Positions 1 through 9,205 are shown, numbered from the stretch's first letter. The stretch: 64,000 bases of DNA from Ignavibacteria bacterium (GCA_036567745.1 DATCTW010000045.1:74471-138470), one strand, 5' to 3'. Numbers and translations: made by a program. Notes: a model not told the origin generated them from the letters alone.

Positions 1-201
1 ATGTCTCTCTTTGAATAGCTTTTTGAAGTGGTTTTAATCCCTTTCTTTGCGAAAACAAAGTCATAATTTATCTCTCCATTACTGAGGCAATTTTATACAA
101 CAGCTCGCAAGTTGTTGAAGACGGACCAAAGGTGGATTTTGGAAGAGGAGCGATAGGGAACAACTCCCAGCAACTTGCTGTTATCGAAAGTTGTGCCAAA
201 A

Positions 202-993
202 TCATATTACATCAAACAATGTTCTTTGTTTTTCTGATTTTATCAAATTATTATTTATTTCTTTTGTTTTTCCTTCTAATCTTTGTAGTATAGTTGTATA
301 GTATTCTTTTGAGATTTCAATAGTAATATAATTTCTCTTTAATTTTTTTGCTACATATGCCGTAGTTCCAGTCCCACCAAATGGATCTAATATAATATCC
401 TTTTCATTAGAACTTGCTTTAATTACTAATTCTAATAAATCCTCAGGCATCTGACAAGGATGCTCACCTATTCGCTCTTTAAAAGTTCCACAAACTCTTG
501 AAAATTGCCATACATCATCCGGTACCTTTCCTAATGGATTAGCTCTTTTATCGTTATAAATTAATTGTCTAGCTGATGGAATTCTTATATCATTATCATT
601 AAAAATAAAATTTTCTTTATCTTTAACAAAATAAAGTATATGAGTATGAGATCTATTAAATTTTTTTCTTTGATTTTGTCCAAAAGTATAATACCAAATA
701 ATCCAGTTCCTAAAATAAAATCCTTTCTTTTTGAGAATTATATTTATTTCAGCAGCAAATTCATCTCCTATAGCAATATAAATTGATCCATTATTTTTTA
801 AAATTCTGTAACATTCACTAATCCATCTATCAGACCATTTATAATATTCATCATAAGGCATATTGTCATTATGCAAATCATATTTTATTCCTATGTTAAA
901 AGGTGGATCAGCGAATATTAAATCAACAGAACCTTTTGGGATATTATTCATAATTTCTATACAATCACCTAAATATACTTTATTTATTTCCAA
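202..993 (-). CDS. Type II DNA methyltransferase, beta-class, likely N6-adenine (N4-cytosine not excluded)
   Basis: Motif IV ADPPF lies near the N-terminus and an AdoMet motif I-like DPFGGTGTT near the C-terminus; this is the permuted beta-class order. Length is 263 aa. The gene overlaps the upstream nuclease ORF by 14 nt on the same strand. Confidence 0.85.
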   Translation of the reverse strand: MEINKVYLGDCIEIMNNIPKGSVDLIFADPPFNIGIKYDLHNDNMPYDEYYKWSDRWISECYRILKNNGSIYIAIGDEFAAEINIILKKKGFYFRNWIIWYYTFGQNQRKKFNRSHTHILYFVKDKENFIFNDNDIRIPSARQLIYNDKRANPLGKVPDDVWQFSRVCGTFKERIGEHPCQMPEDLLELVIKASSNEKDIILDPFGGTGTTAYVAKKLKRNYITIEISKEYYTTILQRLEGKTKEINNNLIKSEKQRTLFDVI

Positions 994-1864
994 TATTTTC
1001 TTCTCCTCCTATATTAAATAATTCACACGGATTAATTTTAAATTGTAACTTGGTTGGATCTGGGGTTCCTCCTTTTCTTTGGAGGGTAATTCTGCCAATA
1101 TACAAACTACCTCGTGGTGAAATTTTTATTTCACCACTACCAAAAAAATTAATAGCAGTATTAATATCTTTAAGAATCCATGTTGTCGTATTTTCTTTTT
1201 TGTTAAACCGAGTTATTAAAATCCAATTAGCTGATAACCCTCCTCTTCCTTTTAGAATATCATTTACAATCAATAATCGATTATTTTCAAAAAAATTAAT
1301 AATTTTTTCTTGTATATTTTTAGGCATTTCATTAAAAAATATTCTTCTCTTGTCTTTTAACTTTATTTTTCTAATTTTGTTATTAAATAATTCTGGTTTA
1401 TTTTCTCCAGTAAAAAGTTTTAACCAAAAAGCAATTTCATCACAAAAATTCCACATTTTTTTATATTCATCAACAGATCTTTTATCAATTTGATTATAAT
1501 TAGCATCAGAATTTGCTTTTTTCAATGAAATATTTTCAATTTTTAAAATATTCCCAATCTTAATTCTAATTTTTATTTGAGCATCTGCTTTTTTGAATTT
1601 GATTAACTCTTCAAAATCATCTTCTTTTAATTCATATTCTGCTAATTTTTTTATATTAATTGTAGTTGGAATTTGAACAGCATCAACTGAAGTAATTTTA
1701 TTAACATTGTAACCCATAATTTCAAGCCATAATTTAGCTTCTTCATCTTTTAACCAATTATTAAATTTTTTGCAGATTTCAATTTCGTTTGCAAATCCAC
1801 CTTTAGCAGTAATAGATCCTATTTCTCTTCTATTCATTTTTAACCTATTTTGATTTTGGTACAA
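980..1864 (-). CDS. Putative Type II restriction endonuclease partnered with the downstream methyltransferase
   Basis: The ORF sits directly upstream of the MTase on the same strand with a 14-nt overlap, as expected for an R-M operon. I recognise no family motif. The called start at 1864 is a TTG; an ATG at 1837 (MNRREIGS...) is an alternative start. Confidence 0.5.
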   Translation of the reverse strand: MYQNQNRLKMNRREIGSITAKGGFANEIEICKKFNNWLKDEEAKLWLEIMGYNVNKITSVDAVQIPTTINIKKLAEYELKEDDFEELIKFKKADAQIKIRIKIGNILKIENISLKKANSDANYNQIDKRSVDEYKKMWNFCDEIAFWLKLFTGENKPELFNNKIRKIKLKDKRRIFFNEMPKNIQEKIINFFENNRLLIVNDILKGRGGLSANWILITRFNKKENTTTWILKDINTAINFFGSGEIKISPRGSLYIGRITLQRKGGTPDPTKLQFKINPCELFNIGGEENIGNK

Positions 1865-1962
1865 TTCCCACAGAACTCCTTCATAGACGACAGTGTCGCA
1901 TTTCTTCCATATATGTATGGATAAAGGGCGATATCATCTATCCAACTTTTTAATTTAATCAT
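1840..1962 (-). CDS. Small upstream ORF (40 aa, MIKLKSWIDDIALYPYIYGRNATLSSMKEFCGNCTKIKIG), copy 1
   Basis: ATG at 1962 (minus) is preceded by AGGAG 6 nt upstream. The stop TAA (1840-1842) lies 2 nt before the ATG at 1837 of the nuclease gene. A paralogous copy sits at 3923-4015. Not in the ORF track because it is under 60 aa. Confidence 0.3.
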   Translation of the reverse strand: MIKLKSWIDDIALYPYIYGRNATLSSMKEFCGNCTKIKIG

Positions 1963-1985
1963 GTTTAATCTCCTTGTAAGATTTT
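1866..1985 (-). repeat. Duplicated leader segment A (RBS plus N-terminus of the small ORF), copy 1; about 80% identical to 3920-4037
   Basis: Direct alignment of aactccttcatagacgacagtgtcgcatttc...catgtttaatctccttgtaag against 3920-4037. Confidence 0.8.
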
Positions 1986-2123
1986 TTCTAAGTTGTAATA
2001 GATAAAAGATTTAAATCTATTATTGCTGTATTTTTTTAAAAGGAGTTCTTTTCTTAAATCTTCAAAGTTATAAACAGATAAATTTACCACTTAACTATAT
2101 TTTACACTTTTATTTATATTATA

Positions 2124-2188
2124 ATTTTACAAAAAAAAATCTGGAAAAGCAATATTTTTATGAATAGTATTTTCGATGAAGTGATTAT
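2124..2188. repeat. 65-bp block B (attttacaaaaaaaaatctggaaaagcaatatttttatgaatagtattttcgatgaagtgattat), copy 1
   Basis: Base-for-base identical to 4253-4317. It has the same orientation and the same relative position upstream (minus-strand sense) of segment A. Confidence 0.85.
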
Positions 2189-2225
2189 TAAAATGGATCG
2201 ATAGCTAATATTCGGTAACTTGCAG

Positions 2226-3266
2226 TTAGACGTTGGCCATCTCTTTTTTTTCTATTATTAAATTAATTATTTCTTTTAAAATTTCTAAAAAAACTTCAAT
2301 TTCTTTTTCACTGTAATCTTTGTTTATTAACCATTTTAGATTATCACCTGCATTAGTAAATAATCCGGTTTTTTCTAATTTATTTCTATAAATATCAACA
2401 ATTTTTTCTGAATCTTCAACTTTTTTTATTATATTTTCAAAACCAGTATAAATACTTTGTTTAAATACACAATTAGGAGGATAACCAAATAATAAAGCAA
2501 TTTTTTCATTATTGAAAATAGTATTTAATGAAAATCCTTTTGAACCCCAAATAAAATGTAATTTTTTAGATTTTGCAAATTCAAATAATTTTGAAAAAAC
2601 TTTCTGTCCATTTTTATCGAGGGATTTGATAAACTCATTTTCATTAACTTTTGGTAGTGAGGCAGATTTAATTTCTTGTTTTTTATATTCTTCATCACCA
2701 ATTACATAATCTAATGTAATTATTTTTTCGCCTGATTTTGTTTGAAAATATTTAAATTCAAGGCAATTTATATTAATTCCATTTTTTCTTAAAAAAGTTG
2801 CGGTTTGTTTTATTTCTTTTGTAATATTTTGAGCAACAATTAATAAAATTAATTTTTTATTGAATGATACATTTTCATTATTTTGAAAAAATTGTTGATG
2901 ATAATCTTGGAGATCAACTTCATCCCCAAAGTAATTTTTAAATATATCGTTTAGTTGGCTGTAATCTAAATTTTCAATAAATGACGCATATTCTAATATT
3001 TGAGCAACAGTATCTCTCGGAGTTCTATCTCTTTTCAATTCAATAATAACAGTATTTCCGTTTTTATCAACCCCTAATAAATCAATAAATGAATTTAAGT
3101 TGGTAGTAACTTGTCTGCCAATAATTAAAACATTACTTTTTTCAAAAAAATATTCAGGATTTTTTTCTAATAGTATTTCTAAATCTTGCTCAATATTATC
3201 TTTTTTAAATAATTCTTCTTTATATTCTGATAATTTTCCATCTTTATTGATTGTAAATAATTTCAT
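2226..3266 (-). CDS. NucS/DUF91-like PD-(D/E)xK nuclease-domain protein with an uncharacterized C-terminal domain
   Basis: Residues ~45-100 (VLIIGRQV...IDLLGVDKNGNTVIIELKRDR...VAQILEYASFI) match the RecB-like nuclease core of DUF91/NucS: E/D...D...ELK...QxxxY. The remaining ~230 aa are unrecognised. The gene lies between two R-M systems. Confidence 0.55.
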   Translation of the reverse strand: MKLFTINKDGKLSEYKEELFKKDNIEQDLEILLEKNPEYFFEKSNVLIIGRQVTTNLNSFIDLLGVDKNGNTVIIELKRDRTPRDTVAQILEYASFIENLDYSQLNDIFKNYFGDEVDLQDYHQQFFQNNENVSFNKKLILLIVAQNITKEIKQTATFLRKNGININCLEFKYFQTKSGEKIITLDYVIGDEEYKKQEIKSASLPKVNENEFIKSLDKNGQKVFSKLFEFAKSKKLHFIWGSKGFSLNTIFNNEKIALLFGYPPNCVFKQSIYTGFENIIKKVEDSEKIVDIYRNKLEKTGLFTNAGDNLKWLINKDYSEKEIEVFLEILKEIINLIIEKKEMANV

Positions 3267-3455
3267 TTATATCAACTCCAAAAAGTGGTGGTATGTATTT
3301 AACTTTTGGGGGCTTTGCATTTGGGAGAGTTTCAAAGCACAAAACATTCAAACAAGCAGAGACTTTGATAGAAGCACAAAGCTTTATTTAATCACTGAAC
3401 CACCACTTATAAGTAAGTTGTGTTGTAAGCCGTTTTTATTCGTCCATTAAATGCT

Positions 3456-3780
3456 CTAAGTCGTTTTTTTTTCGTTTCCAATTCCTTTTGGATTTGGCCC
3501 AAATACATTTATTCCAATTTCACTATCAGCGAAAAGCATCCATAAAAAGTAAAATGGAATAATTTGATACCAACCATTATTACCTATGTCATGGCATCTT
3601 TTTGCACCTTGTGATAGCAAAAACCAAATGGCTGGAATTGATAGTAAGTACATAATGTCTTCTTCTAAATCAGCATACAGGATAAATAGATAAGCTATAA
3701 AATTGTAAGCAAAATAATATTACTTAGCCAGAATTCAGTTCTTGTGATACGTCCTTCAAATGAAAATGGTTTTTTAAACA
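3456..3780 (-). pseudogene. DUF805-family small membrane protein gene disrupted by a frameshift
   Basis: The N-terminal piece MFKKPFSFEGRITRTEFWLSNIILLTIL ends in a stop. The rest continues in another frame: ...AYLFILYADLEEDIMYLLSIPAIWFLLSQGAKRCHDIGNNGWYQIIPF...GPNPKG, which is the DUF805 RRxHDxGxSGWW...GPN signature. The frame switch is near 3700-3715. Confidence 0.5.
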
Positions 3781-3922
3781 TAGCTTTTTGATCCTAATTG
3801 TTAAACATTTAGTCTTTTATGTAATTACTTTTTGTAAAGTCTGCATGTATAAACCTCAATTTTATCAAGTGTTAATTTGTCTCTGTGTTTGTCTAGTTCG
3901 CATAAGCTGTCTTTCAAAAAGG

Positions 3923-4015
3923 CTATAACTCCTTCATAGATGACAGTATCGCTTTTTGTCCACATATGTATGGATTAAGGGCGATGTTATCTATCCAACT
4001 CATAAGCTTAATCAT
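3923..4015 (-). CDS. Small upstream ORF copy 2 (30 aa, MIKLMSWIDNIALNPYICGQKAILSSMKEL)
   Basis: Paralog of 1840-1962 with an AGGAG RBS. A premature stop makes it shorter than copy 1. It lies upstream of the DUF805 pseudogene. Confidence 0.25.
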   Translation of the reverse strand: MIKLMSWIDNIALNPYICGQKAILSSMKEL

Positions 4016-4252
4016 GTTTAATCTCCTTGTAAGGTTTGGTCTAAAGGGTCTTTTATCCTTACGATGTTTCTTGATTTCATAAACAAATATTTTTTTAAGC
4101 AATGTGTATTAAAATATAACAAGGGTTTTTGGATATAAATAATAATACTCTCTATATATTATTTATACCTTTCAACATTTTTTTTTCTTTAAGATATAAT
4201 GAAGAGTTGTTTACTGCTTTCCTTTTTTCAATTTTATTTTTTTTATGTTATT

Positions 4253-4317
4253 ATTTTACAAAAAAAAATCTGGAAAAGCAATATTTTTATGAATAGTATT
4301 TTCGATGAAGTGATTAT
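4253..4317. repeat. 65-bp block B, copy 2
   Basis: Identical to 2124-2188. Confidence 0.85.
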
Positions 4318-4473
4318 GAAAAATGTAGCTCGAAGAGTTAATATATAGTATAATTTCGATAAAGAGATCACCAAAAAAGTGAAGAGATAAAATGCGAAAA
4401 AGTATTTTATTGTTGGTATAGATTTATTTTCTATTGTTCAATTTCTTATTAAAGGCAGGACTTTAATTTTTAT

Positions 4474-7113
4474 TTATCCAAAGCTCTCTTCAATAATCTT
4501 TTTTTCTTCTTCTGTTATACCATAAATTTGATAGACAAGCTCATCAATTTCTGCATCGGTTTTTTTTATTTCTTCTTCAATTTTTGCTCTTTCATCTGTC
4601 TTCTTGTCTCCGATTTCGTTAAGGCGTTTGTTGAGAGAAAGCATTTTATCAACAAAATGGATTATTTTATCTTGTTCAGCAATAGACAATATTTTAATAG
4701 GAAATTTTTTTGCATTAGCTATTAATATTTTTTGAAAAAGATTTTTTGTAGGGTCTAAATATTTCTCTTTGTGATAGTAAGTTATTAATTTAGAGTTTAA
4801 TATAGCGAGAATATATTTTATTTTAACTTTAGTTTCATCTTTTGACAAAATATTAAATCCTATTTGCGAATTATATAGTTCCTCATTTGTATAACCTGCG
4901 TATATTCTTGGTGGTTTTCCGCTGATTATTTGCCTCACAACAATACGAGGTTTTGTAAAGAATCTCTTTTCTCTCGGAGCGCCTAACCAATTACCATAAC
5001 TAATATATTCTTTTTTATCCCAGTAAATACCATATCTAATAATATTTTCTCCAGAAAGTAGAGGTTTAAAGGTTTCATTCTTTTTTGTTTGAGAATGAAA
5101 AACCCTATTTTTTATTTGTTGTTCAGAATGTCCTTTATATTTATCATATGGGGTTAGACCAAGTGAAAAATCACATATTTCTATAAGATTTGTATTTTTC
5201 TCTTCTATTTTCGCGAGTATCTTTTTTACAATTGTATTTATTGTAATGTTAAAGTTAAAGTTTTCAGCTTCCCATACATTTTGATTGTAATATGTAATTT
5301 TTGGACAATTATCTTTTTTAATCCTGTTAATTGATATTTCTCTAGGATAAAGATAGACTTCACATTCTTCTGATTTCTTTTTCTTAGTTTTTTTATAAAT
5401 CAAAATAACTGTCTCAATTTTAACTCCCTCAAAAATATTATCTGGTAATCTTACAATCTTTTTAAGATTAGTATTAAATAATAACAATTTTCTTATTTTG
5501 GTATAAGACTCGTTATACAGTATTGAATTAGGTATAATAAAACCAAAGTAGCCCCCATCCTTTAATAAAGCTAAAGATTTTTCAACAAAAGTAGAATACA
5601 AATTCATTCTATTTTCTACAGTATTATAATTTTCAAAAAGGAATTTTACTATTTTAGGATCAAGTTGTTTTATATCAACATACGGTGGATTCCCAATTAC
5701 AACATCAAACCCACCTTCTTGCATAACTTTTTTAAATTCTTCTTCCCATTTAAAAGCTTTATCTCCTGCTATTGAGGGGTCATCAATTAATGAGTTCCCG
5801 CATTTTATGTTTTCCTGAAGTAATGGAAGGCGTTGCCCTTTTTCTGCAATCTTTAACAAAAGGTTAAGCTGTGCTATCTCTACCGCCTGTTTATCTAAAT
5901 CCACACCGAAAATGTTATTTTTGAGTATTTTTACTTTTGATGTGAATGGCAGACCTGTTTTAAAATCTATTTGTGTCTGTGAATAGTTTTTATCATGCTT
6001 CGCATAATATTCATTCAAAACATCGAAAGCTTTTATCAAGAATGAGCCAGAGCCACAAGCAGGATCTAAAACCCTTATTTTTTCAGGATTAACTTTTTTT
6101 TCTTTAAGCAGTTCCCCCAAAGTATTCCTTACGATATAATCTACAATATAAGTGGGAGTATAATAAATTCCTTGCTCTTTTCTGTGTGCGTGGTTTTCTG
6201 TAAGCTTTGCTCTTTTCTCACTTTTCTTTAAGATATGGCCAAGATACTGCTCGTAAATGTTACCTAAAATATCTGCTTCAATGGCTGAAAAATCATAAGA
6301 AACAGATTTGTCTTTTGTAAAATAAAGTCCTTCAATAATTTCGTGCAAAACTTCGTTGTCTATATCCAAATTGTCGCATAAATGATTTGCAAAAATTTTG
6401 CTGTTATAATTTTTGTCAAAATAGGCAAAAACCTCTCTCAAACTTTTTATTAACTGCCCTCTGCCTTTGCTTTCCCATTCCCTAAAGCTGGAAATCAAGG
6501 TTTTTGCTTCAAGCTCCCTATCTTCGCAGTTTCTGATAAAAATTAATCTGTCTAAAATTCTTTGAACAGCTTCATCTAAATCTTCTTCTGTGAGGTTTTT
6601 GTTTAATTTAGTTATATTCTTTAAAAGCAATTCCCTGAATCTTGTAAAATCTGCCAAAAGCTGTTTATCAACAGAAATCTTTTTTGTTTTCTTACCCCAT
6701 TTCTCTGCCTCTTTATCTATCAATCCCTGTTCAAAACTTTCTTTTGATAAAAGAGACAATTCGCTGAACCTATCTAAAAACTCCTGGCAGGGAATTGTTT
6801 TAAGATGATTCTGCAATGGATTAGAAGTTTTCCATTCAGCATTAAAGATTTTTACGCTTTCAAAGTTAGTAAGAATAGCCCAAGTGCAACCTTTATGCCA
6901 AGCATAATTTATTGCCTGTTCAATAAATTTAGGATTGTCCAAATCTTCTTTTAGAGATTTTGCTTCCAAAAAGAATTTTGGAATACCGTTAATTCTGAAA
7001 CCATAATCAACTCTTTTTTTGGAAACTTTTTCTTCAGCAGTAACCTCGTTTGAATCTTCAGTATTCCACCCTAACGCACGAAATAGAGGTAGAATAAAAT
7101 CCTTTTTAGTCAT
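4474..7113 (-). CDS. Type IIG/IIL single-chain restriction-modification enzyme (N-terminal PD-ExK nuclease, gamma-class N6-adenine MTase, C-terminal target-recognition region)
   Basis: N-terminus VDYGFRINGIPKFFLEAKSL is a D...EAK nuclease motif. Motif I is VLDPACGSGSFL and motif IV is VVIGNPPYV. The 879-aa size is comparable to MmeI-type enzymes. No separate S subunit, R subunit or BREX partner genes are nearby. Confidence 0.75.
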   Translation of the reverse strand: MTKKDFILPLFRALGWNTEDSNEVTAEEKVSKKRVDYGFRINGIPKFFLEAKSLKEDLDNPKFIEQAINYAWHKGCTWAILTNFESVKIFNAEWKTSNPLQNHLKTIPCQEFLDRFSELSLLSKESFEQGLIDKEAEKWGKKTKKISVDKQLLADFTRFRELLLKNITKLNKNLTEEDLDEAVQRILDRLIFIRNCEDRELEAKTLISSFREWESKGRGQLIKSLREVFAYFDKNYNSKIFANHLCDNLDIDNEVLHEIIEGLYFTKDKSVSYDFSAIEADILGNIYEQYLGHILKKSEKRAKLTENHAHRKEQGIYYTPTYIVDYIVRNTLGELLKEKKVNPEKIRVLDPACGSGSFLIKAFDVLNEYYAKHDKNYSQTQIDFKTGLPFTSKVKILKNNIFGVDLDKQAVEIAQLNLLLKIAEKGQRLPLLQENIKCGNSLIDDPSIAGDKAFKWEEEFKKVMQEGGFDVVIGNPPYVDIKQLDPKIVKFLFENYNTVENRMNLYSTFVEKSLALLKDGGYFGFIIPNSILYNESYTKIRKLLLFNTNLKKIVRLPDNIFEGVKIETVILIYKKTKKKKSEECEVYLYPREISINRIKKDNCPKITYYNQNVWEAENFNFNITINTIVKKILAKIEEKNTNLIEICDFSLGLTPYDKYKGHSEQQIKNRVFHSQTKKNETFKPLLSGENIIRYGIYWDKKEYISYGNWLGAPREKRFFTKPRIVVRQIISGKPPRIYAGYTNEELYNSQIGFNILSKDETKVKIKYILAILNSKLITYYHKEKYLDPTKNLFQKILIANAKKFPIKILSIAEQDKIIHFVDKMLSLNKRLNEIGDKKTDERAKIEEEIKKTDAEIDELVYQIYGITEEEKKIIEESFG

Positions 7114-7527
7114 CTCCTCATTGTATTTACTGACTCTTTTTTCTTCTACAACTTTGTCATATTTCTCTAAAAGATTTCTGATTTCTTGTTTTATAGTTTC
7201 CTCCCAGAATAAATTGTTTATATAAATAATATTTTATAACCCAAAAATCAAGGAAAAGAATATCCCCTTTAATTTTTTATCAGTTACAACTTTTAAAGAG
7301 TAGCTGATTCACTATAAAAAAATATTAATAAATATATTTTTTTAACTAAACTTTCTATATATAATAAAGTTAAATAAAACTAATAGATTGGAATATTTTG
7401 GGGCATTTACAAGGTTTCAATATTAGAAATATAGATTAAAAATAACATTGATCAAAAAAAATATTTAAATATTATTAGTATAAAACTTATTAAATAACAG
7501 ATTATATACTTTATAGGGAGATTTTTT

Positions 7528-9159
7528 ATGAATTTTAAAAATTTATCACTATCAGCAAAAGTTTTGGCTGGTTTTATAATTATTGCCTTGATAGCATCAA
7601 TTAATACTTACATTAATTTATTATCAGCTAAAGCCAGTAATAACATAACACAGCAAATCATCAAAATCAGAACACCTAAAATTATTGATTTACTAAATAT
7701 AAAATTCAATATTTCAGAAATAAAATCTTATAGAAGAACATTTATTTCACGAGAAATGTCTATAAATGATAGAGAGAAACAATATGGTAAAATGGAGAAT
7801 AATTTTATATCTTTAAGAAAATCTTATGATAGCTATGATAAAACAGAAAAAAGGGAATTTGCTTATAAAAACTGGGAATTATTTAAAACTAATTTTAAAA
7901 TATGGGAACAACTCCATAATAAATTCATTTCAAAATCAAAGGAACTTGATAATGCATTAAAATTAAACCATAGTAATGTTGATAATTTATACAAAGAATT
8001 AGCGCAAATAACATTAGTTGAATTGGCAGAATATACTTCTAAAATGGAGAGTATTATTGATGAATTAGTAAATTATAATTTTGAAATGAATAAACAGGAA
8101 AGCGATTTAGCAGATAAAAAAATAAGTAATACTAGTACTATAACCATTATTTTAGCTATTATATTATTTATTATTGCAATTTCGTTAGGTTTATATATTT
8201 CAAGAAATGTTATAAAAAAGCCAATATCTGATTTAATAAATGCAATAAAAAAAGTGATACAGGGTGATTTTACAACACAAATAGAGATTAAAAATAAAGA
8301 TGAAATCGGAAGAATATCTGAAATGATAAATGATTTGATAAAATCGAGAAAAGATGAAATTACAGATTTACTTAAAAGAAGTGAAACAATTATAAATGCA
8401 AGCAAAAGACTGTTGAATGTTAGTATAAATGTACAGGAAAATTCTGAAAAATTAAATGAACAGACTTCCATTACAGCGGCATCAAGCGAACAGGTTTCGA
8501 CAAATATTTCTACAGTATCAAGTGCGGCAGAGGAGATGGCTTCAAGTGTAAAAGAAATTGCAAAAAATACAAATACTGCCTCATCAATATCAAATGATGC
8601 TGCAAGTAAAGCAACAGTTGCTGGTGAAGTAATAGATAGACTTGGAAAAAGTTCATCAGAAATTGGTAATATTGTTAAAGCAATAAACACAATAGCAGAA
8701 CAAACAAACCTTTTAGCTCTTAATGCAACAATTGAAGCAGCAAGAGCCGGAGAGAGTGGTAAAGGTTTTGCAGTTGTAGCTAACGAAGTAAAAGAGCTTG
8801 CCAAAGAAGCTGGTAAAGCTACAGAAGATATTTCCAATAGAATTAAAATGATACAGGAAGAGAGCAATAATGCAATAAATGTTATAAAAGAAATTATTGA
8901 AAGCATCACACAAATTAATGACATATCAAATACTATTGCTTCGGCTGTTGAGGAGCAAACTGTAACAACTTCAGAAATTACCCGAAACTTATCTGAAGCC
9001 ACTAAAGGAGCTTCTACAGTTGCGGAAAGTAATGCTGAAATTTCTAAAACAGTAGAAGATTACAGAAATATGTCAACACAAATAAAAGATGATGCGCATA
9101 ACCTTGAAGAGATAGCTACTTCACTAAAGCAACATCTAGTTAGTAGTTATAAAATTTAA
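7528..9159 (+). CDS. Methyl-accepting chemotaxis protein
   Basis: Contains an N-terminal TM segment, a second TM segment plus HAMP region around residue 200, and an MCP signalling domain ([33 protein letters not shown]). Confidence 0.9.
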   Translation: MNFKNLSLSAKVLAGFIIIALIASINTYINLLSAKASNNITQQIIKIRTPKIIDLLNIKFNISEIKSYRRTFISREMSINDREKQYGKMENNFISLRKSYDSYDKTEKREFAYKNWELFKTNFKIWEQLHNKFISKSKELDNALKLNHSNVDNLYKELAQITLVELAEYTSKMESIIDELVNYNFEMNKQESDLADKKISNTSTITIILAIILFIIAISLGLYISRNVIKKPISDLINAIKKVIQGDFTTQIEIKNKDEIGRISEMINDLIKSRKDEITDLLKRSETIINASKRLLNVSINVQENSEKLNEQTSITAASSEQVSTNISTVSSAAEEMASSVKEIAKNTNTASSISNDAASKATVAGEVIDRLGKSSSEIGNIVKAINTIAEQTNLLALNATIEAARAGESGKGFAVVANEVKELAKEAGKATEDISNRIKMIQEESNNAINVIKEIIESITQINDISNTIASAVEEQTVTTSEITRNLSEATKGASTVAESNAEISKTVEDYRNMSTQIKDDAHNLEEIATSLKQHLVSSYKI

Positions 9160-9171
9160 TGAATTTTCTTT

Positions 9172-9205
9172 CCCTGCAACTTACAGGTTGCAGGGAAATT
9201 TTATT
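9172..9205 (+). terminator. Rho-independent terminator after the MCP gene
   Basis: Hairpin ccctgcaacttacaggttgcaggg followed by a T-rich tail. Confidence 0.6.

Noticed and set aside
95-185. tRNA gene at the island edge
   Set aside because: No T-loop (GTTCGAATCC-like) or cloverleaf can be drawn on either strand. I kept it only as an unspecified structured segment.
1050-1493. 147-aa plus-strand ORF
   Set aside because: It lies entirely antisense within the restriction endonuclease gene. It is hydrophobic and low-complexity, has no RBS, and is a typical AT-rich shadow ORF.
2165-2210. Plus-strand mini-ORF inside block B (atgaatagtattttcgatgaagtgattat...)
   Set aside because: The ATG has no RBS. 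The two copies diverge immediately after the shared 65 bp and terminate differently, so the conservation is at the DNA level rather than from a peptide.
3100-3450. 116-aa plus-strand ORF
   Set aside because: Most of it is antisense to the 5' end of the NucS-like gene, and the rest runs into intergenic sequence. No RBS, hydrophobic junk composition.
4474-7113. BREX PglX-like methyltransferase interpretation
   Set aside because: The protein has an N-terminal PD-ExK nuclease motif and is 879 aa. No PglZ, BrxC, BrxL or other BREX genes are adjacent. A Type IIG/IIL enzyme fits better.
8073-9002. 309-aa minus-strand ORF
   Set aside because: Antisense to the MCP gene. The Ala/Ser/Leu-rich composition mirrors the MCP codons.
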